Made by a program: the position numbers and the translations under genes. This document shows, one piece after another, positions 1 through 7,828 of a stretch of DNA of 41,099 nucleotides (positions are counted from its first letter, which is position 1; each line of letters starts with the position of its first letter). The DNA comes from a virus. Lineage: Duplodnaviria; Caudoviricetes. The notes below the pieces were generated by a model. The model saw only the letters and a program-made list of their open reading frames with translations, was not told where the DNA came from and made no database searches. The stretch is taken from the IMG/VR virus record IMGVR_UViG_3300022719_000282, positions 1 to 41,099 of that record. One strand, written 5' to 3'.

Positions 1-163
1 GGGGGGGGGTATTGGGCCTCCGGGGGGCTCTTATATAGGCAATTGCCTTCCGAGTTCTGCGTTTTAATTTTGAAACTTAGCGTCATTTTAGTCGCGTTTT
101 AATTTATGGTTTCTTCTCGTTCCAAGTCGAAGTTGGTTTCTCGTGCTGATGCTCGTGTTTTCC
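1..163. repeat. Terminal direct repeat, left copy (circular overlap or terminal redundancy)
   Basis: 1-163 aligns to 40937-41099 with two mismatches (pos 10 T/C, pos 37 A/G); 38-163 is identical. Confidence 0.95.
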
Positions 164-720
164 ATGAGAATTTATTATTGGGTGCTGCTCAGACGATAAC
201 GAGTGCTGACGCAGCAGCTGAGTTATTTTCTGGTATGGAGGTGAAGGATCAGCGTCAGTTTCTTGATTTGATTTTGCGTCATGCTCCTAAGCGTAGCGAG
301 GATTTAGATCGTGAGCTTTCTTTATTTGTCAGTAGTTTTGATGGTTTAAGTTCTGTTGACGACATCACGAAAGAGAACGTTGTTTTACGTGGTCGTTTAC
401 GCAAGTCTGAGGGTTTGATCAAGGTATTGAGTTCACGTTTGGACCAGCTTTACCGTCGCCACATCAACGGTTGCAGTGAGGAGTGGTTGGATGAGAAGTA
501 CGATTATGGTCGTCGTTTGAAGGAATCGGCTTTGGTTCTTCGTGATTTGGTTCGTATCTGGGATGAGGAGTACAAGAATCTTGAGGACCGCAGTATTAGC
601 ATAAATGAGGCGTCCTCGATATTACGGAAGCACAGCATTGATGGATTTGGACAAGGAGTTTCGGTCGAGCCGGAAGACGTTGCGTCTGTATCTGAGTCGT
701 TGGAAGAGTTACGCCCTTAG
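106..720 (+). CDS. Putative terminase small subunit
   Basis: 204-aa helical-looking ORF directly upstream of and overlapping terL, next to the G-tract genome end; assigned by position only. Confidence 0.5.
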   Translation: MVSSRSKSKLVSRADARVFHENLLLGAAQTITSADAAAELFSGMEVKDQRQFLDLILRHAPKRSEDLDRELSLFVSSFDGLSSVDDITKENVVLRGRLRKSEGLIKVLSSRLDQLYRRHINGCSEEWLDEKYDYGRRLKESALVLRDLVRIWDEEYKNLEDRSISINEASSILRKHSIDGFGQGVSVEPEDVASVSESLEELRP

Positions 721-2179
721 TTTTCACATTGAGGCGATGCAGTCTTCCGAGTATGGTTATCCGACGTTTCAGCAGTACGAGCTTTGCAAGTTACGAGATC
801 GCCATCGTCGAGTTTTGATAGCTGGCTGTCGTGGTGGTGGAAAGAGTTTTTTCAAGGCTCGCGAGATTTGGCGTCATTTGATAACGCAGTATGTACCTGG
901 CAAGCCTTGCAAGGTTTTGATAACTAGTCCTTCTGGTGGTCAGGTTGATCGTGTATTAATGCCTGAGATTGTTGCTACTTACCACACTCTTTTGCCGTTT
1001 TTCCAGGATCAATTTACGTTGCTTACGGACCGGATTTACTGTCGTCACAACCGTGACAATTGGTTTGTTGAGCCTTCGACGCCCAAGAAAGAGCGTAGCG
1101 AGAGTGCTCAGGGGATCCACGGCAATGCTTTGAACATTCTTGACGAGGCGTTTGGCATTGACGACCAGATCATCAACATAATCATATCTGGCATGACTGA
1201 GACGAGTCAGTCTTTGCTTGGCAGCGGGAATCCTACGAAGCTTTCTGGCATTGGCTATGATGTTTTCCAGAAGGAGTTAAAGACTTGGGGTCGTTACTTC
1301 ATTGATGCCTACGAATGCCTTGAGGACGACGAGCGTTCTTACCCTTATTTTGACGTTTTTGGCAAGAAGAATATAATTCGGCGTCGCGGTCTTGTCAGCC
1401 GTGATTTCTTGAATTCGATGATTGATTTGTATGGTGAGGGGACGCCGTTATTCACTTCCTTTGTTCGCGGCCAGTTTCCTGTTTCTGAGATGAATCAGTT
1501 GATCAAGAAGGATTGGCTTGACCGTGCTTTTCGTACAGAACAGAAGGATAATTCAAAGAATTTCCGTGTTATGGGCGTTGATCCTGGATTTGAGGTTGAC
1601 CCTGCTGGAATTGTAGTTCGCCAAGGTTTGAATATCGAGGATGCCGAAGCGTTTAAGGGTGTAGACACTCCGATTCTTTCTGCGCACGTTGCTGAGCGGT
1701 TTAACCAGTTGAAGAACGCCGGTCGCGAGGTGAAAATGATCTGTATCGACGCGATCGGCAATGGTAAGGGGGTCTACGACACGCTGAAGGCAGATTTTCC
1801 TATTATGCAGGTTAATTCATGGGATGCCTGCCCGCCGCACGGCGTCAAGTGCAAGCGTCTCAGGGACTGGTTATGGTGGCAGGCGCGGTCGTTTTACCGG
1901 GACCATAGGCCGCACTTTTGCGACATGACCGACGCCATGAAAGACTTGGCTTATGAGCTGCGTCAGCCTGGGTATAGTTACCAGGGCGGCGCCGTCAAAG
2001 TGGAGGGCAAAGACGAGTTGAGAAAGCGTGGGATAAAAAGTCCGAATCTTGCTGATGCCCACAATCTCACGTTCAAATACGACTGGAAGATTCCCGAAAC
2101 GCTGCCGATGAAGCGCCGGATCGATCGATATCGCCGAAAACTCATGAGACAAGAACCAACATCATGGAAGGTTATATGA
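605..2179 (+). CDS. terL: Terminase large subunit (true start possibly ATG 641)
   Basis: Walker A GCRGGGKS, Walker B LNILDEA, GNP motif, nuclease motifs MGVDPG, IDAIGNGKGVYD and SPNLADA. Confidence 0.95.
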   Translation: MRRPRYYGSTALMDLDKEFRSSRKTLRLYLSRWKSYALSFHIEAMQSSEYGYPTFQQYELCKLRDRHRRVLIAGCRGGGKSFFKAREIWRHLITQYVPGKPCKVLITSPSGGQVDRVLMPEIVATYHTLLPFFQDQFTLLTDRIYCRHNRDNWFVEPSTPKKERSESAQGIHGNALNILDEAFGIDDQIINIIISGMTETSQSLLGSGNPTKLSGIGYDVFQKELKTWGRYFIDAYECLEDDERSYPYFDVFGKKNIIRRRGLVSRDFLNSMIDLYGEGTPLFTSFVRGQFPVSEMNQLIKKDWLDRAFRTEQKDNSKNFRVMGVDPGFEVDPAGIVVRQGLNIEDAEAFKGVDTPILSAHVAERFNQLKNAGREVKMICIDAIGNGKGVYDTLKADFPIMQVNSWDACPPHGVKCKRLRDWLWWQARSFYRDHRPHFCDMTDAMKDLAYELRQPGYSYQGGAVKVEGKDELRKRGIKSPNLADAHNLTFKYDWKIPETLPMKRRIDRYRRKLMRQEPTSWKVI

Positions 2180-2180
2180 A

Positions 2181-2387
2181 ATGAAGTGGAAGGATAACGA
2201 GGGAAGCCATGTCATTCTGCGTCACACCGCGAAGAAACAACCGATCGAGGCCGAAATATCCTTTGTTACAAAAAAATTTGTCCGTTTGGAGTTCGCCAGC
2301 GGGGGCTTCGGGGTATACGACCTTGAAAAGACGCCTTATGTAATAGAGGAAATTCTGGACTTCAAGATGGAATCGCGCAATAAATAG
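2181..2387 (+). CDS. Hypothetical protein
   Basis: 68-aa ORF tightly packed after terL. Confidence 0.6.
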   Translation: MKWKDNEGSHVILRHTAKKQPIEAEISFVTKKFVRLEFASGGFGVYDLEKTPYVIEEILDFKMESRNK

Positions 2388-2392
2388 ACAGG

Positions 2393-2413
2393 CCTGCCTG
2401 TCCGGCAGACAGG
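2393..2413 (-). repeat. Short palindromic repeat copy 1 (intergenic)
   Basis: CCTGCCTGTCCGGCAGACAGG, the exact reverse complement of the copies at 4491 and 4578. Confidence 0.9.
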
Positions 2414-2498
2414 TCTTCAGTTAATATCCCTTATAAAACCAGTTCTATTATGTTTATTATTTTACGAATATAAAACTGATATCTCTTTACACGTTTGA

Positions 2499-4289
2499 TT
2501 GACTGGTTTTAATTACTTATTAAATCAATGGTTACATATGCCTTCACAACGACAACCTGACCACGTTTTTTACCGTCAATTGCAAGAAGCAGACGGATAT
2601 TACGATAAGTTCCTTGCCGACGCCGAACGGGCATGGGACTTTCATGACGGAAATCAGTGGACCAAGGAGGAGCAAAACGAGCTGGAAAGCCGATGCCAGC
2701 AGGCCACTGTCGTAAACGTATGCAAGCAGGTTATCAATACGTTTGTTACCGTGGAGCAGGGACGTCGGACCGATTACATTGTTGTTGGCCGTGAATCCAG
2801 TGACGATGAAATGGCCGATCTCCTTGGAAAGCTGCTAAAACAGACAACCGACGACGCGAACCTGAATTATTTTCTTACCAATGGCGGCCGCTCAGGCGCT
2901 ATATCCGGTATCGCCTGGTGGGAGGTTGTGCCGGAAGAAGACCCTGATACCGGGAAGAAATTCATCAAGGTCCATGAGCGCAAGTGCGAGGAAATATACT
3001 TCGATCCGTTCGCCAGACGACCCGATCTTTCCGATGCCAGGTACATAATCCGCGAAGTGTGGACGGACATCGATATCGCAAAGAATCGGTATCCCGAACA
3101 CGCGGATCAACTTGACCAAGCATTTGATACGGCATTCAACACGCGCTTCGATGGACAAGAAACTGTCGCCCAAATCGAGGGCGGCGACGACAGTAACACA
3201 ACCAATAAATTCTTTGACTTCAAGAAACGAAGAATCGCCATTTATGAGCATTACTACAAAAAGCCCGACAACAAAATCGGCTACGTAGTATGGAGTAATG
3301 ACTTATTCTTTCAGGGCAGTGATGATCCGGCAGCCGACAATCCAAGTCCTTACAAGTACAATTACTACTCGTTCATTCCGTTTATCGCATTGAGAGGGAA
3401 AGACGGGAAACCAATCGGCATACTTGATGATGTTATCCCAATTCAGGAGTCGATCAATAAACTCATCTCGAAATTTATCTGGAACGTATCCAGCCTTAGA
3501 ACGTTTTTCGAACGCAACACGTTTGTCGATCCGGAAGATGCGAAGCTGCAAATCAATAATCCCAATTGCTTTATAGAACTTGAAGAAGGTTCCATAAGCC
3601 AGGCAAAACTTAGAATCGACCAAGCCCTGGCGGAGAGTCAGCATTTAATGAATATGCTCGGATTCATGGTAAACATGGTCCAGAGGATAACCGGGATTAA
3701 CGATGCGTTGATTGGTTTTGGCGGAAACAATGCAAGAAGCGGGATTCAAGAAGTCCAGCGGGCGCAGCAGGGCGCGGCAATGCAAAGTCCGGCTATCGAG
3801 AATTTGTACTATTCAAAACAGCAGATGGCAAAAGTAATCCTCAAACAAATTGGCGAATTCTATACCGACGAAAGAATCATAAGGGTTACTCAGCCAAATG
3901 GGACCGTCGAGTATGTCCCGCTTAACAGCTTTGAAATGGTCGAGCAAGAGGACGGAACGCTTAAAAAGAAACCATTCAACACAATCGATGAAATAATCAA
4001 GTACGATGTTGTTCTTCGAGAAGAGCGGCCGTTTACAAGTGCTCGAGAGAGAACCGGATCCATGATAAGCGAAATCATAAAATCATTTCCTCCGCTTGCT
4101 CAAGCGCTTATCTTGCCGTTTGTTGATACATTGCCGATCTCGAACAAGGAAGACATAAAGAAACGCATTGAACAAGTATTCAGCGGCCAACAAGACCAGT
4201 TGGCGCAAGAAACAGTGAATCAGCGGTTGACCGAACTGGGGCTCCTGCCTGCCGCACAGGCAGGTCGACCGGAACGGAACGCCGTGTAA
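2499..4289 (+). CDS. Portal protein, P22-like (true start possibly ATG 2538)
   Basis: WDFHDGNQW, VVNVCKQVIN, IYFDPFARRPDLSDARY, ITGINDALIG..N.RSG motifs; follows terL. Confidence 0.92.
   Translation: MTGFNYLLNQWLHMPSQRQPDHVFYRQLQEADGYYDKFLADAERAWDFHDGNQWTKEEQNELESRCQQATVVNVCKQVINTFVTVEQGRRTDYIVVGRESSDDEMADLLGKLLKQTTDDANLNYFLTNGGRSGAISGIAWWEVVPEEDPDTGKKFIKVHERKCEEIYFDPFARRPDLSDARYIIREVWTDIDIAKNRYPEHADQLDQAFDTAFNTRFDGQETVAQIEGGDDSNTTNKFFDFKKRRIAIYEHYYKKPDNKIGYVVWSNDLFFQGSDDPAADNPSPYKYNYYSFIPFIALRGKDGKPIGILDDVIPIQESINKLISKFIWNVSSLRTFFERNTFVDPEDAKLQINNPNCFIELEEGSISQAKLRIDQALAESQHLMNMLGFMVNMVQRITGINDALIGFGGNNARSGIQEVQRAQQGAAMQSPAIENLYYSKQQMAKVILKQIGEFYTDERIIRVTQPNGTVEYVPLNSFEMVEQEDGTLKKKPFNTIDEIIKYDVVLREERPFTSARERTGSMISEIIKSFPPLAQALILPFVDTLPISNKEDIKKRIEQVFSGQQDQLAQETVNQRLTELGLLPAAQAGRPERNAV
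4244..4264. repeat. Short palindromic repeat copy 2 (in-frame in portal 3' end)
   Basis: CCTGCCTGCCGCACAGGCAGG, 21 bp, read as LPAAQAG. Confidence 0.9.
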
Positions 4290-4350
4290 CAGCGTGCTGC
4301 CTTGATCGGGCATCATTGAAATGAGCCGCCTTGGATCAGGGAAACGCAAA

Positions 4351-4370
4351 CCTGCCTGCCGGCAGGCAGG
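4351..4370. repeat. Short palindromic repeat copy 3 (perfect 20-bp palindrome)
   Basis: CCTGCCTGCCGGCAGGCAGG upstream of the likely scaffold start. Confidence 0.9.
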
Positions 4371-4386
4371 CGTAAGAAGGATGGTT

Positions 4387-5379
4387 ATGCCACAAGAAAT
4401 TAATGAACGTTCGCTTGCCGATGAATTAGCGCCGCTTGATGAATTGGTATCGAATCCCGATGTCAATGAAGAAGAAGCTGACGAAGTCGACCTGTCTGCC
4501 GGACAGGCAGGAGTAAGCGGATCCAATGAGACGACAGAAACGACTGAATCAAAAACCGAAGACAACGATAAAGTCGACCTGTCTGCCGGACAGGCAGGAC
4601 TGCCTGCCAAACAGGCAGGCGAATCGCCCGATCACGGTAATGAGATCGATGAAATTCTAAAGTCTCTCAATGTCAACGATGTCAATCAAGCTCTTTTGAA
4701 ATTGCGCGATAGCAAGCGCACAACGGACAACAATTTCACCCAGACCAACCAAAAAGCAAAGGAGTTGGAAAAGGAGTTGTCCGGAATTAAAAGTGAGCTC
4801 GAGGAACGTCAGAGAATTATTGATGAGTACAAGCGAAAAGAAGTCGATCTTGACGACGGCCAGTTCGAATCACGTATTAAGCAGTTGATGGAGGACGATC
4901 CAGAAAAGGGATATCTTGAAGCGCTTAAACAAGTTCGAAAAGAATTCAGGACGCTGTTGTCAACGTCAAAGCCGGAAACCTCGGAGACCGAAATCCGAAA
5001 GGCTGTCTTCCGTGCGGAACAGGCAAAGTTTGCCAGGAAGCACAAGGATTACAATGACGTATGTCAAGCCTTGATCGGCGCTTGTCAGAATGATCCCGAT
5101 TTGAATGACAAGGTTATTGAAGCCAGAGACGATCTCGATGTCGAACGTATTTATGAGCTGGGTAAGCCGTATAATGATGCGGCTATCTTGGCAAAAGACC
5201 CTGAGTCTTATCGACAAAGAATAATCGACGAATACGAGGCTTCACGAAACAACGGAAATGGTTCAGGACGCCCGAAGCCGCTATCGGATATTCCCTCGAA
5301 AACAGAAAGCAAACCGAAAGGGAAGCAGCCTGAATGGGAGACTCCAGAGGACGTGGTTTCCGCGGTGTTTAATTTCTAA
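4387..5379 (+). CDS. Capsid scaffolding protein
   Basis: Acidic low-complexity N-terminus, coiled-coil middle, located between portal and capsid; AGGA before ATG 4387 (ORF track extends to 4321). Confidence 0.75.
   Translation: MPQEINERSLADELAPLDELVSNPDVNEEEADEVDLSAGQAGVSGSNETTETTESKTEDNDKVDLSAGQAGLPAKQAGESPDHGNEIDEILKSLNVNDVNQALLKLRDSKRTTDNNFTQTNQKAKELEKELSGIKSELEERQRIIDEYKRKEVDLDDGQFESRIKQLMEDDPEKGYLEALKQVRKEFRTLLSTSKPETSETEIRKAVFRAEQAKFARKHKDYNDVCQALIGACQNDPDLNDKVIEARDDLDVERIYELGKPYNDAAILAKDPESYRQRIIDEYEASRNNGNGSGRPKPLSDIPSKTESKPKGKQPEWETPEDVVSAVFNF
4491..4511 (+). repeat. Short palindromic repeat copy 4 (in-frame in scaffold)
   Basis: CCTGTCTGCCGGACAGGCAGG, 21 bp, read as DLSAGQAG. Confidence 0.9.
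4578..4619 (+). repeat. Short palindromic repeat copies 5 and 6 (tandem, in-frame in scaffold)
   Basis: CCTGTCTGCCGGACAGGCAGG (4578-4598) followed by ACTGCCTGCCAAACAGGCAGG (4599-4619), 42 bp total. Confidence 0.88.
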
Positions 5380-5397
5380 CAGCCAGGAGAATACAAA

Positions 5398-6510
5398 ATG
5401 GCCAACACAAGTAAATCAGTATTCGTCGTTGACGCAGGTGACGGCAACACGCCGACTCATCATGCAATGACGATTTTTCATGACACGCTGAAACTGCTTC
5501 AGCCCAACCTGTTTGGGCGAGTAAACGGCAATCGTCCAGTCGGGATCGACACCACGCTGAAAGGGAAGGCCGGTGAAACGATCAATTATCATTTCACCCC
5601 ATTCGCCAATGCGGACCCGATTCGCGGTCAGGACGCTACCATCGAAGGCAACGAGAAGCGGTTCGACGAGTTTCGTTCCGCCTTGACCATCGACGACGTT
5701 AATTTCCCGTTTGGACGAAATGGGAATATGACCGAGCAGCGGACTATTATCAATACCCGCCAGGAAATGCGCCGACAAATTGCGGAACACTTCGCTCAGT
5801 ATAACCATACTGAAATTTATAAGCGGCTTTCCGGAATCGGTCTGACGGAAACGGAATCCGATTGGGAATCGGCAACAGGCACCACCGATCGCGTCAATGG
5901 GGATACTCGTTGTATCAGGGCAAGCGGGGCAAACGGATACGCAACCGTTACAGAAGCAAAATCAGACAACACGGACTTGATGTCCTCAATGACGGCAAGC
6001 GACAAAATGAATCCGTTTGTGATTATGCGCGCAGCCGTGCGGGCCAGAAAGAATGATGAATATCGCTTGACGCCGCTTCGAGTCGCCGGGAACAAGTTGT
6101 TCTTTGAATTGCATGTATCCAATGTGGCTGCGTATGATCTCATGACGCACCCGGATTGGTTGACTCGTGCAATTATGGTCGGCGATTTGGGATTGGAAAA
6201 CGATCCGATTGCAATGGGAAGTCTTGGCGTTATCAAGAACGTCATTGTTCATGAGTCCGATCACGTGACCACTTTTGGCACGGCCGGTTCTGAAGAGTAT
6301 TCCCGGAATCTGTTGCTTGGCGCAAATGCGGGCGTCATCGGATTCGCTCAGACATTGACGTATGTCGAGGAGCTCAGAGATTACAGGAAATTCCTTGGCG
6401 TGAACGGCTCGGAATTGCGCGGTGAGCTGAAGTTGGCATTTTCCGACAAAAATGATACTTCAACCGACATCGATTACGGCGTCATGCAGGTAATTGCCGC
6501 AAATAACTAA
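5398..6510 (+). CDS. Major capsid protein (N4-gp56/DUF4043-like)
   Basis: LKGKAGETINY...IRGQDATIEGNE...LTID pattern, RNLLLGANA, DYGVMQV C-terminus; strong AGGAG RBS; follows scaffold. Confidence 0.88.
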   Translation: MANTSKSVFVVDAGDGNTPTHHAMTIFHDTLKLLQPNLFGRVNGNRPVGIDTTLKGKAGETINYHFTPFANADPIRGQDATIEGNEKRFDEFRSALTIDDVNFPFGRNGNMTEQRTIINTRQEMRRQIAEHFAQYNHTEIYKRLSGIGLTETESDWESATGTTDRVNGDTRCIRASGANGYATVTEAKSDNTDLMSSMTASDKMNPFVIMRAAVRARKNDEYRLTPLRVAGNKLFFELHVSNVAAYDLMTHPDWLTRAIMVGDLGLENDPIAMGSLGVIKNVIVHESDHVTTFGTAGSEEYSRNLLLGANAGVIGFAQTLTYVEELRDYRKFLGVNGSELRGELKLAFSDKNDTSTDIDYGVMQVIAANN

Positions 6511-6519
6511 GGGAAAATC

Positions 6520-6837
6520 ATGGCTACAGCAAATGTGCAAATTCAGAAATCAACAACCCCGGGAGGGCGACTCAATCCACGAATGGTGTTCGCGGATATT
6601 ACGTTCTCATCGGGGAAAGCAACGGTTACAGCCGCTGAATTGGGTGGTGCAAGTACAATCTTGTCATTCTTCGGGTCTGGACCGTATGGCGGCACGACCG
6701 GGCTTGGCTATATGGTGACGGCAACCACTGCATACGCCGCAGCCGGCTACACGAGCCTTGACCTCGAATTGATCGATGACGCAAGCAATCTTGTGGATGC
6801 AAAGACCGCGTGTTGCGGATTTCTTGTCCAGGATTAA
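6520..6837 (+). CDS. Virion protein (possible capsid decoration)
   Basis: Ala/Gly/Thr-rich 105 aa immediately after capsid. Confidence 0.5.
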   Translation: MATANVQIQKSTTPGGRLNPRMVFADITFSSGKATVTAAELGGASTILSFFGSGPYGGTTGLGYMVTATTAYAAAGYTSLDLELIDDASNLVDAKTACCGFLVQD

Positions 6838-6861
6838 TCAACTAAATAAGGAAATCATATC

Positions 6862-7518
6862 ATGGCTGATATCTCTTCAACCATCAAGGAAATCGCAATG
6901 GCGAAACGGTCCTTCAGTCCGTTTACAGCCATTCGCGGATACACCTGGGACCCGGTAAATGACGGGACCGAAGCAACCGGGACTCATAATATCGTCCCGA
7001 TCAACCAGAACGAGGCCCTTGTTTTCGGATATGGAGCAGTCGATACCACGTTCACTTCCTCGGGTTCGGCAACTGTCCAATTCAAGATCGGTTCCGACGC
7101 TCTTACAGGCCTTATTCCCAAGGCCAATCTTGCCGCCGGCGATATCTTTACGTTTGGCGCTTTGACAGGAGATGGAACCACTGTCGCGCAAACGCAGGAC
7201 GCGCTTACAGACAATTCAGGAGGCTCGGCCAACACTACAATCGCGAATATCGCTTCCGCCGATACGTCGGAAACAACGGATCGCTCCGTGGTGGCCGATG
7301 CCGTTGCCGATCTTGCTGCGCAGCTCGCCAAGATCAAAACGGATGTTGCCAATATCATCTCTGCCATCGATCCGGTTACGACCTACGCCGGATTTGCAAA
7401 GTCAGCCGATGATACCCTCGATATTGCTGTCGGAACATCGGCAATTACAGCGGGAAAGCTGTATCTTGTCTGTTGCTTCGTTGACTTCAATATCTTCTCC
7501 AATGATATCAACGGCTAA
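6862..7518 (+). CDS. Virion protein (decoration/spike-base-like with helical insert)
   Basis: Beta-rich Ala/Thr/Gly composition, LTDNSGG...ADLAAQL helical segment, AAGGA RBS. Confidence 0.55.
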   Translation: MADISSTIKEIAMAKRSFSPFTAIRGYTWDPVNDGTEATGTHNIVPINQNEALVFGYGAVDTTFTSSGSATVQFKIGSDALTGLIPKANLAAGDIFTFGALTGDGTTVAQTQDALTDNSGGSANTTIANIASADTSETTDRSVVADAVADLAAQLAKIKTDVANIISAIDPVTTYAGFAKSADDTLDIAVGTSAITAGKLYLVCCFVDFNIFSNDING

Positions 7519-7526
7519 TACTTGCC

Positions 7527-7558
7527 GGGCGGGGACGTCATTGGAACGATCCCCGCCC
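7527..7558 (+). terminator. GC-rich hairpin after head genes (possible terminator or mRNA stabiliser)
   Basis: GGGCGGGGA (7527-7535) pairs with TCCCCGCCC (7550-7558); no U-tract. Confidence 0.35.
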
Positions 7559-7576
7559 CCCTAAAAGGGGGAAACG

Positions 7577-7828
7577 ATGATTTCCGGAATGAGCTTTCGA
7601 AGCAGGCGGAATCGGCAGAAATACTTGGCGTTAATGCAACATAAAAACGCGCCAGAGTCGGATGTCGTTACCGTATCAAAATCGACGATAGTCCCGGATG
7701 CCGATGACGATGAAGTGTGCGAGTACTGCAATGTAAAGAGGAAGTCGGAGTACGCGCAAAAGAGAAGGCCGGAGCATTCATGGAGAATGCATTTGATGCA
7801 TTGCAGGAAACGGAATGCAGAAGTTTAA
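7577..7828 (+). CDS. Hypothetical protein with possible Zn finger
   Basis: CEYC...HLMHC. Confidence 0.55.
   Translation: MISGMSFRSRRNRQKYLALMQHKNAPESDVVTVSKSTIVPDADDDEVCEYCNVKRKSEYAQKRRPEHSWRMHLMHCRKRNAEV

Noticed and set aside
4321-4386. N-terminal extension of the scaffold in the ORF track (PACRQAG)
   Set aside because: The peptide is just the translated palindrome; a better RBS precedes ATG 4387
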